DNA from: Nitrospiraceae bacterium
GTDB lineage: Bacteria; Nitrospirota; Nitrospiria; Nitrospirales; Nitrospiraceae
Direction of reading: 5' to 3'
Assembly: GCA_035471155.1 (NCBI GenBank)
Contig: DATIQH010000469.1
Span: 1-35,557, forward strand
Length of the DNA: 35,557 nucleotides
Positions within the stretch are counted from its first letter, which is position 1; every line of letters begins with the position of its first letter. The translations under genes and the position numbers were made by a program. Positions 1 to 7,504 of the stretch are shown piece by piece. The notes beneath the pieces are model-generated. The model was given only the letters and a program-made list of their open reading frames with translations, was not told the origin of the DNA and did not search any database.

Positions 1-1
1 G

Positions 2-226
2 GTGCAGGATGCCGTCGTTGAATTCGTGGTACAGGTCCGCCACGTCGATCACGGCCACCGAATAGCCTTGCGATGCGCGGTAGTTCGCCACTGTCTGAGT
101 TGCGTTCATCAGGCTGGCATGGCTGATCAGGATGGTATCGGCGGGATATGTCGGTCCGATGTATCGGGTTTCAGTATGAACCGAGCGGCCTTCGTATCTT
201 CCGACGCTGTGGGCCAAAAGAATCAT
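2..226 (-). CDS. Hypothetical protein, N-terminal ~75 codons only (gene runs off the left edge)
   Basis: It is absent from the ORF track because it has no stop codon in the window. My reverse-strand translation from the ATG at 226..224 is MILLAHSVGRYEGRSVHTETRYIGPTYPADTILISHASLMNATQTVANYRASQGYSVAVIDVADLYHEFNDGILH. This is much more protein-like than the V/R/H-rich + ORF 2..232. The frame stays open upstream to a stop at 593..595, and a second in-frame ATG lies at 295..293, so the start is uncertain. Confidence 0.4.
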   Translation of the reverse strand, partial: MILLAHSVGRYEGRSVHTETRYIGPTYPADTILISHASLMNATQTVANYRASQGYSVAVIDVADLYHEFNDGILH

Positions 227-1121
227 GAATGACGGTACAGCAGAAAAGCCGGCCAAGCGAGGAATCCTGCGCCGAGCGCTCTGGGCGCTCGGCATCGGAT
301 TGGGTTTGCTCTTTCTGGTGAACCTGTTTTTCCCAGACGCCGACTTTTCGGTGGGGGATCGGGTTGGGCTGATTCGTATTGAAGGGGTTATCGTGGATGC
401 GCAATCCACAATCGGCGAGTTGAAGCGATTTGCCGACAACCCTTCCGTGAAGGCAATCGTCTTGCGAATCGACAGCCCCGGTGGCGGAGTGGTGCCGTCG
501 CAAGAAATCCATGATGCGGTCCAGCGGGTTCGTAACAAGAGCAACAAGACGGTGATTGCTTCAATGGGCACGGTGGCGGCGTCGGGAGGGTACTACATTG
601 CTGTGGCGACCGATCGGATCATGGCCAATTCCGGGACATTGACGGGAAGCATCGGTGTCATCATGGAGATGGCGAATGTTGAAGGGCTGCTCAAGAAAAT
701 TGGGGTCGAAGGTGTCGTGATCAAAAGTGGACGATTCAAGGATGTGGGATCGCCTCTACGGAAGATGAGCGACGAAGAACAGGCGTTACTCCAATCCGTC
801 ATGGACGATGTCCACCAGCAGTTTATCGAGGCAGTGGCGGAGGGTCGGGGGCTCGACGTAGCCGTTGTGCAGGCTTTGGCGGACGGTCGAATCTTCACTG
901 GGCGCCAAGCCAAAGCTTCGAAGCTGGTGGACGAACTTGGTGATCTCGAAGCTGCCATTCAGCTTGCGGCGGACGTGGCGGGGATTGAGGGCGAGCCGAA
1001 AGTCATTGAGCCTCGCCGGCGGTTTTCGATCAGAGAATTAATTGAATCACGAATATCGGGGCTCTTTCCCAAGTTGGATTTTTATTCCGGGGTTGGACTC
1101 AAGTATCTCATGGCGTTCTAG
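225..1121 (+). CDS. sppA: Signal peptide peptidase SppA, 36K type
   Basis: 298 aa. An N-terminal TM helix (ALWALGIGLGLLFLVNLFF) is followed by the SppA core: IRIEGVIVD, SPGGGV, the Ser context GTVAASGGYYIA and the Lys context VIKSGRFKDVGSP. Confidence 0.9.
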   Translation: MNDGTAEKPAKRGILRRALWALGIGLGLLFLVNLFFPDADFSVGDRVGLIRIEGVIVDAQSTIGELKRFADNPSVKAIVLRIDSPGGGVVPSQEIHDAVQRVRNKSNKTVIASMGTVAASGGYYIAVATDRIMANSGTLTGSIGVIMEMANVEGLLKKIGVEGVVIKSGRFKDVGSPLRKMSDEEQALLQSVMDDVHQQFIEAVAEGRGLDVAVVQALADGRIFTGRQAKASKLVDELGDLEAAIQLAADVAGIEGEPKVIEPRRRFSIRELIESRISGLFPKLDFYSGVGLKYLMAF

Positions 1122-1336
1122 CAGGATGCTGAAAAATGGTGGATGGGGTAGCTGGGACGATCCCCTTGCTCGCGCAACGCGCGGCCTCAGAAGGCCCTCG
1201 TTGGACGCGCGCAGTTGGGATCATCCCACCCACCCCTTATAAAGTGACAGCTCGCTGCGGCCTTGTTTGGGAGAAGGCACGTCTCGGCGCGCCTGGGTTG
1301 GGCGGGTGAGAACCGCGGTCTTTTTGAGCATCCTGT
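1121..1336. repeat. Intergenic element bounded by terminal inverted repeats (repeat family copy A)
   Basis: The termini GCAGGATGCTGAAAAA (1121..1136) and TTTTTGAGCATCCTGT (1321..1336) are complementary at 14 of 16 positions. The left terminus recurs at 2693 and 23196. The internal 15-mer CTCGCTGCGGCCTTG (1251..1265) is identical to 23280..23294. Confidence 0.55.
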
Positions 1337-1392
1337 TAGCAGGATCGGATTGGCGTAGAGGTCGATTCATCATCACGAAAGGAAAGTCCAAT

Positions 1393-1671
1393 ATGACAAA
1401 AGCCCAAATCATCGAGCGGGTATCCGAACAAATCACGACCTTGACAAAACGGCAGGCGGAGGTTGTCGTCAATACAATCTTCGATTGTGTGCGTGACTCA
1501 TTGAAGAACGGCGATAAGACGGAGATCCGTGGGTTCGGCAGTTTTCGGCTGCGGGCTCGCCGGATGAAGGAAGGGCGGAACCCCAAGACTGGCGCGACCG
1601 TAGCGGTTCCTGCGAAGAAGGTTCCATTTTTCAAGGCCGGCAAGGAATTGAAGGAGCTCCTGAACCAGTGA
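1393..1671 (+). CDS. ihfB: HU/IHF family DNA-binding protein, IHF beta-like
   Basis: The ATG at 1393 is preceded by GAAAGGAAAG. The 92-aa product carries the signature IRGFGSFRLRARRMKEGRNPKTGATVAVPAKKVPFFKAGKELK. The longer ORF starting at 1267 reads through repeat copy A and is rejected. Confidence 0.85.
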   Translation: MTKAQIIERVSEQITTLTKRQAEVVVNTIFDCVRDSLKNGDKTEIRGFGSFRLRARRMKEGRNPKTGATVAVPAKKVPFFKAGKELKELLNQ

Positions 1672-1687
1672 TCGTAGGACCCTCGTC

Positions 1688-2689
1688 ATGAACACACCAG
1701 ACTCTCACGATGCGGTTGGGATAGAGGTCCGTTGGACGGACGAAGCATCCAATCGTCTAGCGCGGGCGCCGATATTTTTGCGTGGAATGGTTCGTCGTCT
1801 GGCCGAAAAGAAGGCTCGAGAACTTGGTTGCACGGAGATTACGGGGGATCTTCTCGAGCAGTTCAAGAACCAAATGATGGGTGGCATGGGGGGTGAGTCC
1901 GGCATGGCCGATGCGGCGGAACAGATGGCGCAAGGCCACCTCCCCTGGACTGCCGCCGCCAAGGAACGGCTGAATACGGTTCCGGAATTCATGCGCCACA
2001 TGATCAAGCAGATTGCCGAAGAGATCGCCAGAGAACGGGGCCATCTCGAGGTGAATATCGAGCTGTTCGAAAAGGTGGAAGCTCTGGGTGATCTCCGGGA
2101 GGCCGCGAGCCCTCCATTGGAATGGAGCGAGGGGGCGCTGGCTCAACTGCACGAGAAATTGAAGCAGTCGCCACCGATCGCCGCCGAATTCGTCACCGAC
2201 ATGTTAAGGCGGGACACTGAAGATTTGGCGCGAGAGAAAGGTATCACACGGATCGATGAGTCGGTGTTGTTTCAATTGTGGGACGCACCCCAGGAGCGAG
2301 TCACGTGGACCGATGAGGCATGGAAACGGTTGCAGACATCTCCGGATTTCGTCCGCAGCGGAATTCGTAAAGCCGCTGAGCGCAGGGCGCGGAAGCTTGG
2401 GCTCAAGGAGGTCGATTCGGAACATCTCACGACTTTCCGGAATCAGGCCATGATGAAGGCGGTCAAACGGATTCGCTCGTTCGGGTACAACAATCTGACT
2501 TTTGAAGCGTTTGATACGGCGCTAGAGAAGACCAAGCGGCTGCAAGGGAATGAGCAGGCGGAGAAACGCCTCCAGGAAATTCGTGAACATTTTGCCGATC
2601 CAGACATGAAGAAGCCGGAAGGTGGGACACTCGGCGCTGACTTGATGGACCGCTTTCGCCGGTATCTTAAGGGAGAGGGGACACTCTAG
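1688..2689 (+). CDS. Protein with four tandem PCP_red (protochlorophyllide reductase subunit B C-terminal-like) domains
   Basis: There are four internal repeats of the pattern W-[TS]-x-[EA]-A-x3-L-x3-P-x-F-[VML]-R...AR-x-x-G. They begin VRWTDEASNRLARAPIFLRGMVRRLAEKKARELG, LPWTAAAKERLNTVPEFMRHMIKQIAEEIARERG, LEWSEGALAQLHEKL...DLAREKG and VTWTDEAWKRLQTSPDFVRSGIRKAAERRARKLG. The gene starts 16 nt after the IHF stop. Confidence 0.8.
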   Translation: MNTPDSHDAVGIEVRWTDEASNRLARAPIFLRGMVRRLAEKKARELGCTEITGDLLEQFKNQMMGGMGGESGMADAAEQMAQGHLPWTAAAKERLNTVPEFMRHMIKQIAEEIARERGHLEVNIELFEKVEALGDLREAASPPLEWSEGALAQLHEKLKQSPPIAAEFVTDMLRRDTEDLAREKGITRIDESVLFQLWDAPQERVTWTDEAWKRLQTSPDFVRSGIRKAAERRARKLGLKEVDSEHLTTFRNQAMMKAVKRIRSFGYNNLTFEAFDTALEKTKRLQGNEQAEKRLQEIREHFADPDMKKPEGGTLGADLMDRFRRYLKGEGTL

Positions 2690-2692
2690 CGG

Positions 2693-2853
2693 GCAGGATG
2701 CTGAAAAAGTCCGCCAGCTTCGTTCGGAGCCTCATGGCCACTCCGCGCCCACCAAATTGATATTCCCACCAGCTCGTTTCTCCCTGCAAGATGGCACAAT
2801 AGTGCAAAAAGTTCTTCACAGCGCTCTCGCTGCGTGTGGGCTGATCGTGCAGG
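2693..2853 (+). repeat. Repeat family copy B
   Basis: The left terminus GCAGGATGCTGAAAAAGTCCGCC starts 3 nt after the stop at 2687..2689. It contains the internal box CTCGCTGCG (2826..2834). The right end, GCTGATCGTGCAGG, resembles the right terminus of copy C. Confidence 0.5.
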
Positions 2854-2869
2854 ATCATTGCAATGGGGT

Positions 2870-2905
2870 AGAGGCAGGGGCCGTTTGAGGACGGCCCCTG
2901 CCTCT
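2870..2905. terminator. Perfect 15-bp stem-loop between convergent genes
   Basis: AGAGGCAGGGGCCGT (2870..2884), loop TTGAGG, ACGGCCCCTGCCTCT (2891..2905). It directly abuts the stop codon (2906..2908) of the minus-strand gene. There is no U-tract on either strand. Confidence 0.5.
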
Positions 2906-3226
2906 TCAGTGGGCAGCCGCCTGTTGCGGCCAAAATTTATGTCGAATTTGCGGGAGAGGCTCACTATCGAAATTGGGGATATCGTAGAGACAGCGATCGA
3001 TCGTTGCCACTTCCTCTTCGGTCAGGTCCAAGGTGACCCTCTTTTTCCAAAATTGATCGAGGGTAAAATAATCGCCTGACTGAGGCTTCTCAGCCAAGAG
3101 CGCCTTCATCTTATCGAAGCCTGCGGTATCCACCCCGGGGACGCGGCCCTTATTGCGGTCGTGACACCAATGCAGTACCTCGGCGATTCCGTACATCGAT
3201 AGCTCAACCGTCATTATCTTGCTCAT
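2906..3226 (-). CDS. Hypothetical protein (106 aa)
   Basis: A strong SD (AAGGAGG) lies 4 nt upstream of the ATG at 3226. The composition is protein-like (MSKIMTVELSMYGIAEVLHWCHDRNKGRVPGVDTAGFDKMKALLAEK...). I recognise no family. Confidence 0.7.
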   Translation of the reverse strand: MSKIMTVELSMYGIAEVLHWCHDRNKGRVPGVDTAGFDKMKALLAEKPQSGDYFTLDQFWKKRVTLDLTEEEVATIDRCLYDIPNFDSEPLPQIRHKFWPQQAAAH

Positions 3227-3461
3227 GGAGTCCTCCTTACCAAGGAGAGCATTCTACCTCAACCGCTGTCCCGTTTTCAAAGCCGTCGCCGAACGGACTA
3301 GGTATTGAGGAAAACCGCCTTGCAGTATAGATCATAGCGCAGGAGGGTAACGGCTTCGGCACGCCGCTCAAAGGCTTTGGCCGACGGGTCGGAGAATTCC
3401 TCAGGCACCCCGTAGTCTATAAGTGGCTACGAAGGCAGCGTAGGCTGTGCGTGGAGCTTCA

Positions 3462-3491
3462 TTGCCAGGAGAAAGCGGTGGTCTGTATACT
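3462..3491 (+). promoter_or_regulatory. Candidate sigma-70 promoter of the FG-GAP lipoprotein gene
   Basis: TTGCCA (3462..3467), an 18-nt spacer, then TATACT (3486..3491) with TG immediately upstream. Confidence 0.4.
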
Positions 3492-3577
3492 GGCCACGCT
3501 TATTTTAGCGGGAAGGCCTGTTGAGAGACACGTGCGTAATGAATAGCCATGCCGCTGATCCTTCGCGTGGAGAGTAC

Positions 3578-4774
3578 GTGAGCAGAAACGCTGACGGCTA
3601 CAACAGGGGTAAAGCTTGGAACCTCTTGGCCGCGGCAGCCAGCGTCGTTCTGCTTATGGCCAGCGGCTGTAACAAACAAGACCCCTATGCTCCACCGGAT
3701 CTCTTCTACTATTTCGCCAGTTACAAAGTGGGCAAGAACCCGACGACCGTCACCCCTACTGATCTCAATCAAGATGGTTATACCGATCTGGTCACCACTA
3801 ACATCGGCAGTAATACGCTTTCGATTCTCCTCGGTAACGGTGATGGTACCTTTCGTGATCAAATCCAACTGAATGTCTGCAAAGAACCCCGTTCGCTCGC
3901 GCTCGGGATGTTCAACCGCGATTCGTATCCCGATGTGGTCCTGGCCTGCTCAGGAGGCGATGAAGTGGCCGTACTCTTCGGACGGGCTGACGGAAAATTT
4001 GAAGAAGGGCCGCGTTACCCTGTGCATCGGACTCCCATTGCCATTGCCAGCGACGATCTGAATGGCGATCAGGCGCTCGACCTCGTGGTCGCGTTACGGA
4101 ATGACAAGATTAAAGTCTTCCTGGGAACCGGGACCGGTGAGTTCACCCATGGGGCTCAGTATGAATATGGCGATACCCCCACGTCTGTGGCGATGGCCGA
4201 CTTGAATGGCGATGGAAAGATCGATTTGGCCGTGACAAACGGGGGGCCGATGTCGAACGCGGTTTCTATCTGGACAGGGAATGGCGACGGCACATTTCGC
4301 CCGCCCACTGACTATCGGACGGGGAAGCGACCGCTCGGGGTGAGTTTTGCCGACTTCAATCGCGACCGGATACTCGACCTCCTTGTGATCAATGGCCAAC
4401 AAGATAGCTTCACGACATTTCTCGGTGTCGGGAACGGGACTTTCCAGCCCGGGCGCGATTCCGGCGCCGACGCAGGACCGAATTTTGGGTTTGCTCGAGA
4501 CTTCAACGGCGACAGCCGCATCGACGTGGCCATCGTGAATCTTCAGTCGAGCGATCTCTCCATTCTCTTTGGCCGTGGCGATGGGACCTTCGAGTATCCG
4601 CCGAGAAACTATCGGACAAAACCCGGACCCTTCGCCCTTGCGACGTTTCGCGTCACAACGAAAGATGCTGAAGAGCCCGGCCTCGTGACGGCGGATAATG
4701 GGAATGGAAGCGTTTCCGTCTTTCTCCATCGAGGCTTGAAAGCGGTGTCCGCCCCTGTCGCTCCATCCCCGTGA
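3578..4774 (+). CDS. FG-GAP/VCBS repeat lipoprotein, predicted seven-bladed beta-propeller
   Basis: Seven repeats match D[LF]N[GQR]D..[IL]D[LV]...(5-9)...[LF]G.G[DN]GTF, for example DLNQDGYTDLVTTNIGSNTLSILLGNGDGTF. A lipoprotein signal peptide is present (KAWNLLAAAASVVLLMASGC). The GTG at 3578 has a GGAG 5 nt upstream. Alternative starts are the TTG at 3521 and the ATG at 3539. Confidence 0.85.
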   Translation: MSRNADGYNRGKAWNLLAAAASVVLLMASGCNKQDPYAPPDLFYYFASYKVGKNPTTVTPTDLNQDGYTDLVTTNIGSNTLSILLGNGDGTFRDQIQLNVCKEPRSLALGMFNRDSYPDVVLACSGGDEVAVLFGRADGKFEEGPRYPVHRTPIAIASDDLNGDQALDLVVALRNDKIKVFLGTGTGEFTHGAQYEYGDTPTSVAMADLNGDGKIDLAVTNGGPMSNAVSIWTGNGDGTFRPPTDYRTGKRPLGVSFADFNRDRILDLLVINGQQDSFTTFLGVGNGTFQPGRDSGADAGPNFGFARDFNGDSRIDVAIVNLQSSDLSILFGRGDGTFEYPPRNYRTKPGPFALATFRVTTKDAEEPGLVTADNGNGSVSVFLHRGLKAVSAPVAPSP

Positions 4775-4902
4775 GGCGAGTCGACGTTTGTCGCCGGTTG
4801 AAATGAGTCAAAAGGCAGTCTTCTTGACAGCCCGCAGACCCTCGGCTACAGTGCCCGATGAGCGTCACACACGCCTCATGCCGCTCTGTTTCGAGGACAC
4901 CT

Positions 4903-5103
4903 GTGAGATCGTTTCGATGGTGGTTTTCAATCGGTGCACTGCTCACCCTCTCCGTGTTGATGGTACAGGGGGGAGTGCGAGAGTTGTTCGACGGAGCCGC
5001 TCCAGGCAATGGGGCCGGTGTGTATCTCTCGTTCGGCACTACTATTGTCGGCGGCGGATTATTGGCAGGCTGTTTAGCATTGGTGATGAATCGGCTCAGA
5101 TAG
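4903..5103 (+). CDS. Predicted two-TM microprotein (66 aa)
   Basis: The GTG at 4903 is preceded by GAGGA. There are two hydrophobic helices, WWFSIGALLTLSVLMV and VYLSFGTTIVGGGLLAGCLALVM. The track ORF 4858..5103 is in the same frame. Confidence 0.45.
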   Translation: MRSFRWWFSIGALLTLSVLMVQGGVRELFDGAAPGNGAGVYLSFGTTIVGGGLLAGCLALVMNRLR

Positions 5104-5129
5104 GCAGAGGATCTGAAGACAGGCGTGTG

Positions 5130-5318
5130 ATGCACTGTTTGCGATGTAAGGGTTTGATGATGGTCGAGCGTCACTATACGCTGGTGAATCGGCGACTCTA
5201 TGCCCGCTGTGTGAATTGCGGGTTTTGGATCGACCTTGCCGACTTGCTCCGCTTTTTCCACAAGGTTATTGACAGTGGGTTTCGCGGAGGGAAAGTGCGG
5301 GAATCGTTCACGCTATGA
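5130..5318 (+). CDS. Zinc-ribbon microprotein (62 aa)
   Basis: MHCLRCKGLMMVERHYTLVNRRLYARCVNCGFW has a CxxC-x17-CxxC pattern. Its stop overlaps the next gene's start in ATGA (5315..5318). The longer in-frame ORF starting at 4788 is R/S-rich and overlaps the two-TM ORF, so it is rejected. Confidence 0.5.
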   Translation: MHCLRCKGLMMVERHYTLVNRRLYARCVNCGFWIDLADLLRFFHKVIDSGFRGGKVRESFTL

Positions 5319-6259
5319 GTAGAAGTGACGCATTGATGATGACCAGAGACTACAAGAGATCTCACCGGCCACTGTTTCTTGCCTGGGTCGCCGGGGTCTT
5401 CATCGCTTTCTTGTTGATCGGGTCCGAGGCCCTCACTCCAGCTATCGTTCTTGCGAAGAACACAGCGACTCAATCTGTTCCTGTTCGAACGGTGATGGCT
5501 CCGCACCAGTTCCCTCCGTGGCGGGTCGCTCCAGCCCATGGCATTCTACTCAAGGAGCTCAAGAGTGGCCGTGTGTTGTATGAGCATGATGCAGGGAAAC
5601 GAATGTCCCCTGCCAGCCTCACGAAAATCATGTCAGCCCTAGTCATTCTCGAAAAGGGCCAGTTGGATGATTTTGTCACGATCAGTCCGAATGCCGCGCG
5701 AGCGCACAAGACTCACTTGCGTATCAAAGCGGGGCAGGTTTTTCGGCTGGAAGATCTGCTGAAGGCCATGCTCATCGTGTCCGCAAACGATGCCTGTCTT
5801 GCAGCGGTAGAACATGTAGGTGGCAACGAAGCACAGTTCGTGGCGCTCATGAATACCAAGGCTGCAGCACTCGGCTTGGCTGACACTCATTTCAGCAATG
5901 GCTGTGGGTTCGACAACCCGGACCACTACTCGACGGCCGAAGACCTTGCTGCATTGAGTCTCATAGCCCTCGATCAGCCGATCTTTCGGCAGTTGGTCCG
6001 AGAGGAACGAGCGATCATTACTCCTGTCAATGGTCAACGCGCATATGTCTTGCACACCACGAACAGATTGCTGGGACGTATTCCCGGCGTCGAAGGGATC
6101 AAGACGGGATTTACCTCCAAAGCCGGGCGGTGCCTTATCGCCAAAGTCTCTCAGAACGGGAGCGACCTTCTCCTCGTGATCCTCAATTCCAAGCGCCGAT
6201 GGAACACGGCGACTAGCCTCATTACCTACGGGCTACAGGCATCTGAGCCTCTACACTGA
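5315..6259 (+). CDS. D-alanyl-D-alanine carboxypeptidase (serine peptidase S11, low-MW PBP)
   Basis: It carries SxxK (SPASLTKIMSA), SxN (VSANDA) and KTG (IKTGFTSKAG) motifs and an N-terminal TM/signal segment (PLFLAWVAGVFIAFLLIG). Confidence 0.9.
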   Translation: MSRSDALMMTRDYKRSHRPLFLAWVAGVFIAFLLIGSEALTPAIVLAKNTATQSVPVRTVMAPHQFPPWRVAPAHGILLKELKSGRVLYEHDAGKRMSPASLTKIMSALVILEKGQLDDFVTISPNAARAHKTHLRIKAGQVFRLEDLLKAMLIVSANDACLAAVEHVGGNEAQFVALMNTKAAALGLADTHFSNGCGFDNPDHYSTAEDLAALSLIALDQPIFRQLVREERAIITPVNGQRAYVLHTTNRLLGRIPGVEGIKTGFTSKAGRCLIAKVSQNGSDLLLVILNSKRRWNTATSLITYGLQASEPLH

Positions 6260-6497
6260 ATCCAATTCCCTTCTTCGAAAGATCGACACCGCACCTCGAC
6301 AGAGGTCAGGGTGATCGCAATCTGTCGGTTCGAGTTTACCCTTGAGCCATGGCGAAGACCTACGGATTTTGTGATGACGTGTGGAACCGGAGGAGGAGAT
6401 ACGGAGCAGCAATGAATTCACGTTGGCAGCCGAGGAAAGGAGAGGAAGTGTTTAGGTTGGCACGTATGCGGAGAGACCAGAAATCAGACCAGTATTA

Positions 6498-7049
6498 CTA
6501 CCGAGACGGAGAAAACTCTACGTTGACATCTTTCCCCAGATAGTTGATGACGAACCCCTGTTTATCATACGCAAGGATGGCGCCCATCACGTTTTCGTCC
6601 CCGTAGTCTTCCTGCCCCATGAGTTTTCGTACGTCATCGGGGCTTTCGCTGTTCAACACGTTGCGAAAGATACCCCGAGTCTTATAGGAGAATCGATTGT
6701 TGATAAAGATCAGATCTACCTTGCCGTCCTGGATGCGCACACCGGCCATAGGACCGGTTGGCTTGCGTTGATCGAGCAAGAAGATGAACAAGGCCTCTTG
6801 TTCCACTTTTACTCCAGGAATCTTTTCATTCACGAGAGAGTCCAAGGCCTTGGCTTCGGAGTCTCCCAATTTGACCCCAAACAGCGAAATCTCGGCACTC
6901 TTCAAGGCTTTAGGGTCCATCACGTCATGCTTACTCAATTCGTAAGGCTCGCTATATCCAGGAGGCGCCCATGTGCCAATTGCGGCGATCACCATGCAGG
7001 CTAGCATGGCGACTCGCAGTGCATATTTCATCGATTCTTTCTTATTCAT
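6498..7049 (-). CDS. Secreted hypothetical protein (183 aa)
   Basis: A signal peptide is present (MKYALRVAMLACMVIAAIGTWAPPGYSEP). GC is lower than in the neighbours (about 40% in one hand-counted 60-nt sample). I recognise no family. Confidence 0.7.
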   Translation of the reverse strand: MNKKESMKYALRVAMLACMVIAAIGTWAPPGYSEPYELSKHDVMDPKALKSAEISLFGVKLGDSEAKALDSLVNEKIPGVKVEQEALFIFLLDQRKPTGPMAGVRIQDGKVDLIFINNRFSYKTRGIFRNVLNSESPDDVRKLMGQEDYGDENVMGAILAYDKQGFVINYLGKDVNVEFSPSR

Positions 7050-7210
7050 AGTTTCCGAACGATGTATAGTACGTGAAATTTATTGACGAAACAGGTGGGA
7101 CAAATGGAGTGTCGAAGCATTTTATCGAACGGCCTGAGAACTTGCAAGAATGTCTGACTGCATCATGGGTGAGGAACCATCCGTTTTCGTTTGTTTCTGT
7201 ATGGAACACG

Positions 7211-7504
7211 TTAGGTGGTGTGGTGGGTGGCGATGAGGAGGGCTCCAAGTTGTCGAAGCCGTTGAAAATAGAGCCGGCAGTCTTCGTCAAGCTCGTCAGT
7301 CAGGTTATCCAGGTCGGCAACACAATCTTCGACGATTCCGATCCGCTGGGCATCGAGCCCTTCAGGGCTATCGAGGAAATATACGACGCATCCGCTGATC
7401 ACGGTATCCAGTGTCATCAACGGCCCCTCGTGTTGGCTTCCCACTTGAGGCCACCGTTCCTGCTTGTGAGCTTCCCAGAGAGACGACACGGTATCCCGGC
7501 CCAT
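7211..7504 (-). CDS. Hypothetical protein (97 aa from ATG 7504; the ORF is open up to 7636)
   Basis: MGRDTVSSLWEAHKQERWPQVGSQHEGPLMTLDTVISGCVVYFLDSPEGLDAQRIGIVEDCVADLDNLTDELDEDCRLYFQRLRQLGALLIA is protein-like. The overlapping + ORF 7073..7594 is not. Confidence 0.5.
   Translation of the reverse strand: MGRDTVSSLWEAHKQERWPQVGSQHEGPLMTLDTVISGCVVYFLDSPEGLDAQRIGIVEDCVADLDNLTDELDEDCRLYFQRLRQLGALLIATHHTT

Noticed and set aside
2-512. The + ORF 2..232 and the - ORF 171..512.
   Set aside because: 2..232 is V/R/H-rich and is the antisense of a much more protein-like minus-strand frame. 171..512 is antisense to the sppA N-terminus.
3241-3461. A 220-bp ORF-free region upstream of the FG-GAP gene, inspected for a riboswitch or sRNA (6S, SRP, cobalamin and similar).
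   Set aside because: I found only short 4-5-bp stems and no conserved riboswitch or ncRNA core motif that I could recognise. It most likely holds divergent promoters. A covariance-model scan (Rfam/Infernal) would be the decisive test.
4653-5318. Long ORFs 4653..5261 (-) of 202 aa and 4788..5318 (+) of 176 aa.
   Set aside because: Both translate to P/R/S/T-rich sequence for most of their length and conflict with each other. Two short + strand ORFs with an SD, TM helices and an ATGA coupling explain the region better.
6349-6543. A 64-aa + ORF in the convergent gap after the PBP gene.
   Set aside because: It is R/Y-rich, has no SD, and overlaps the 3' end of the minus-strand secreted-protein gene.
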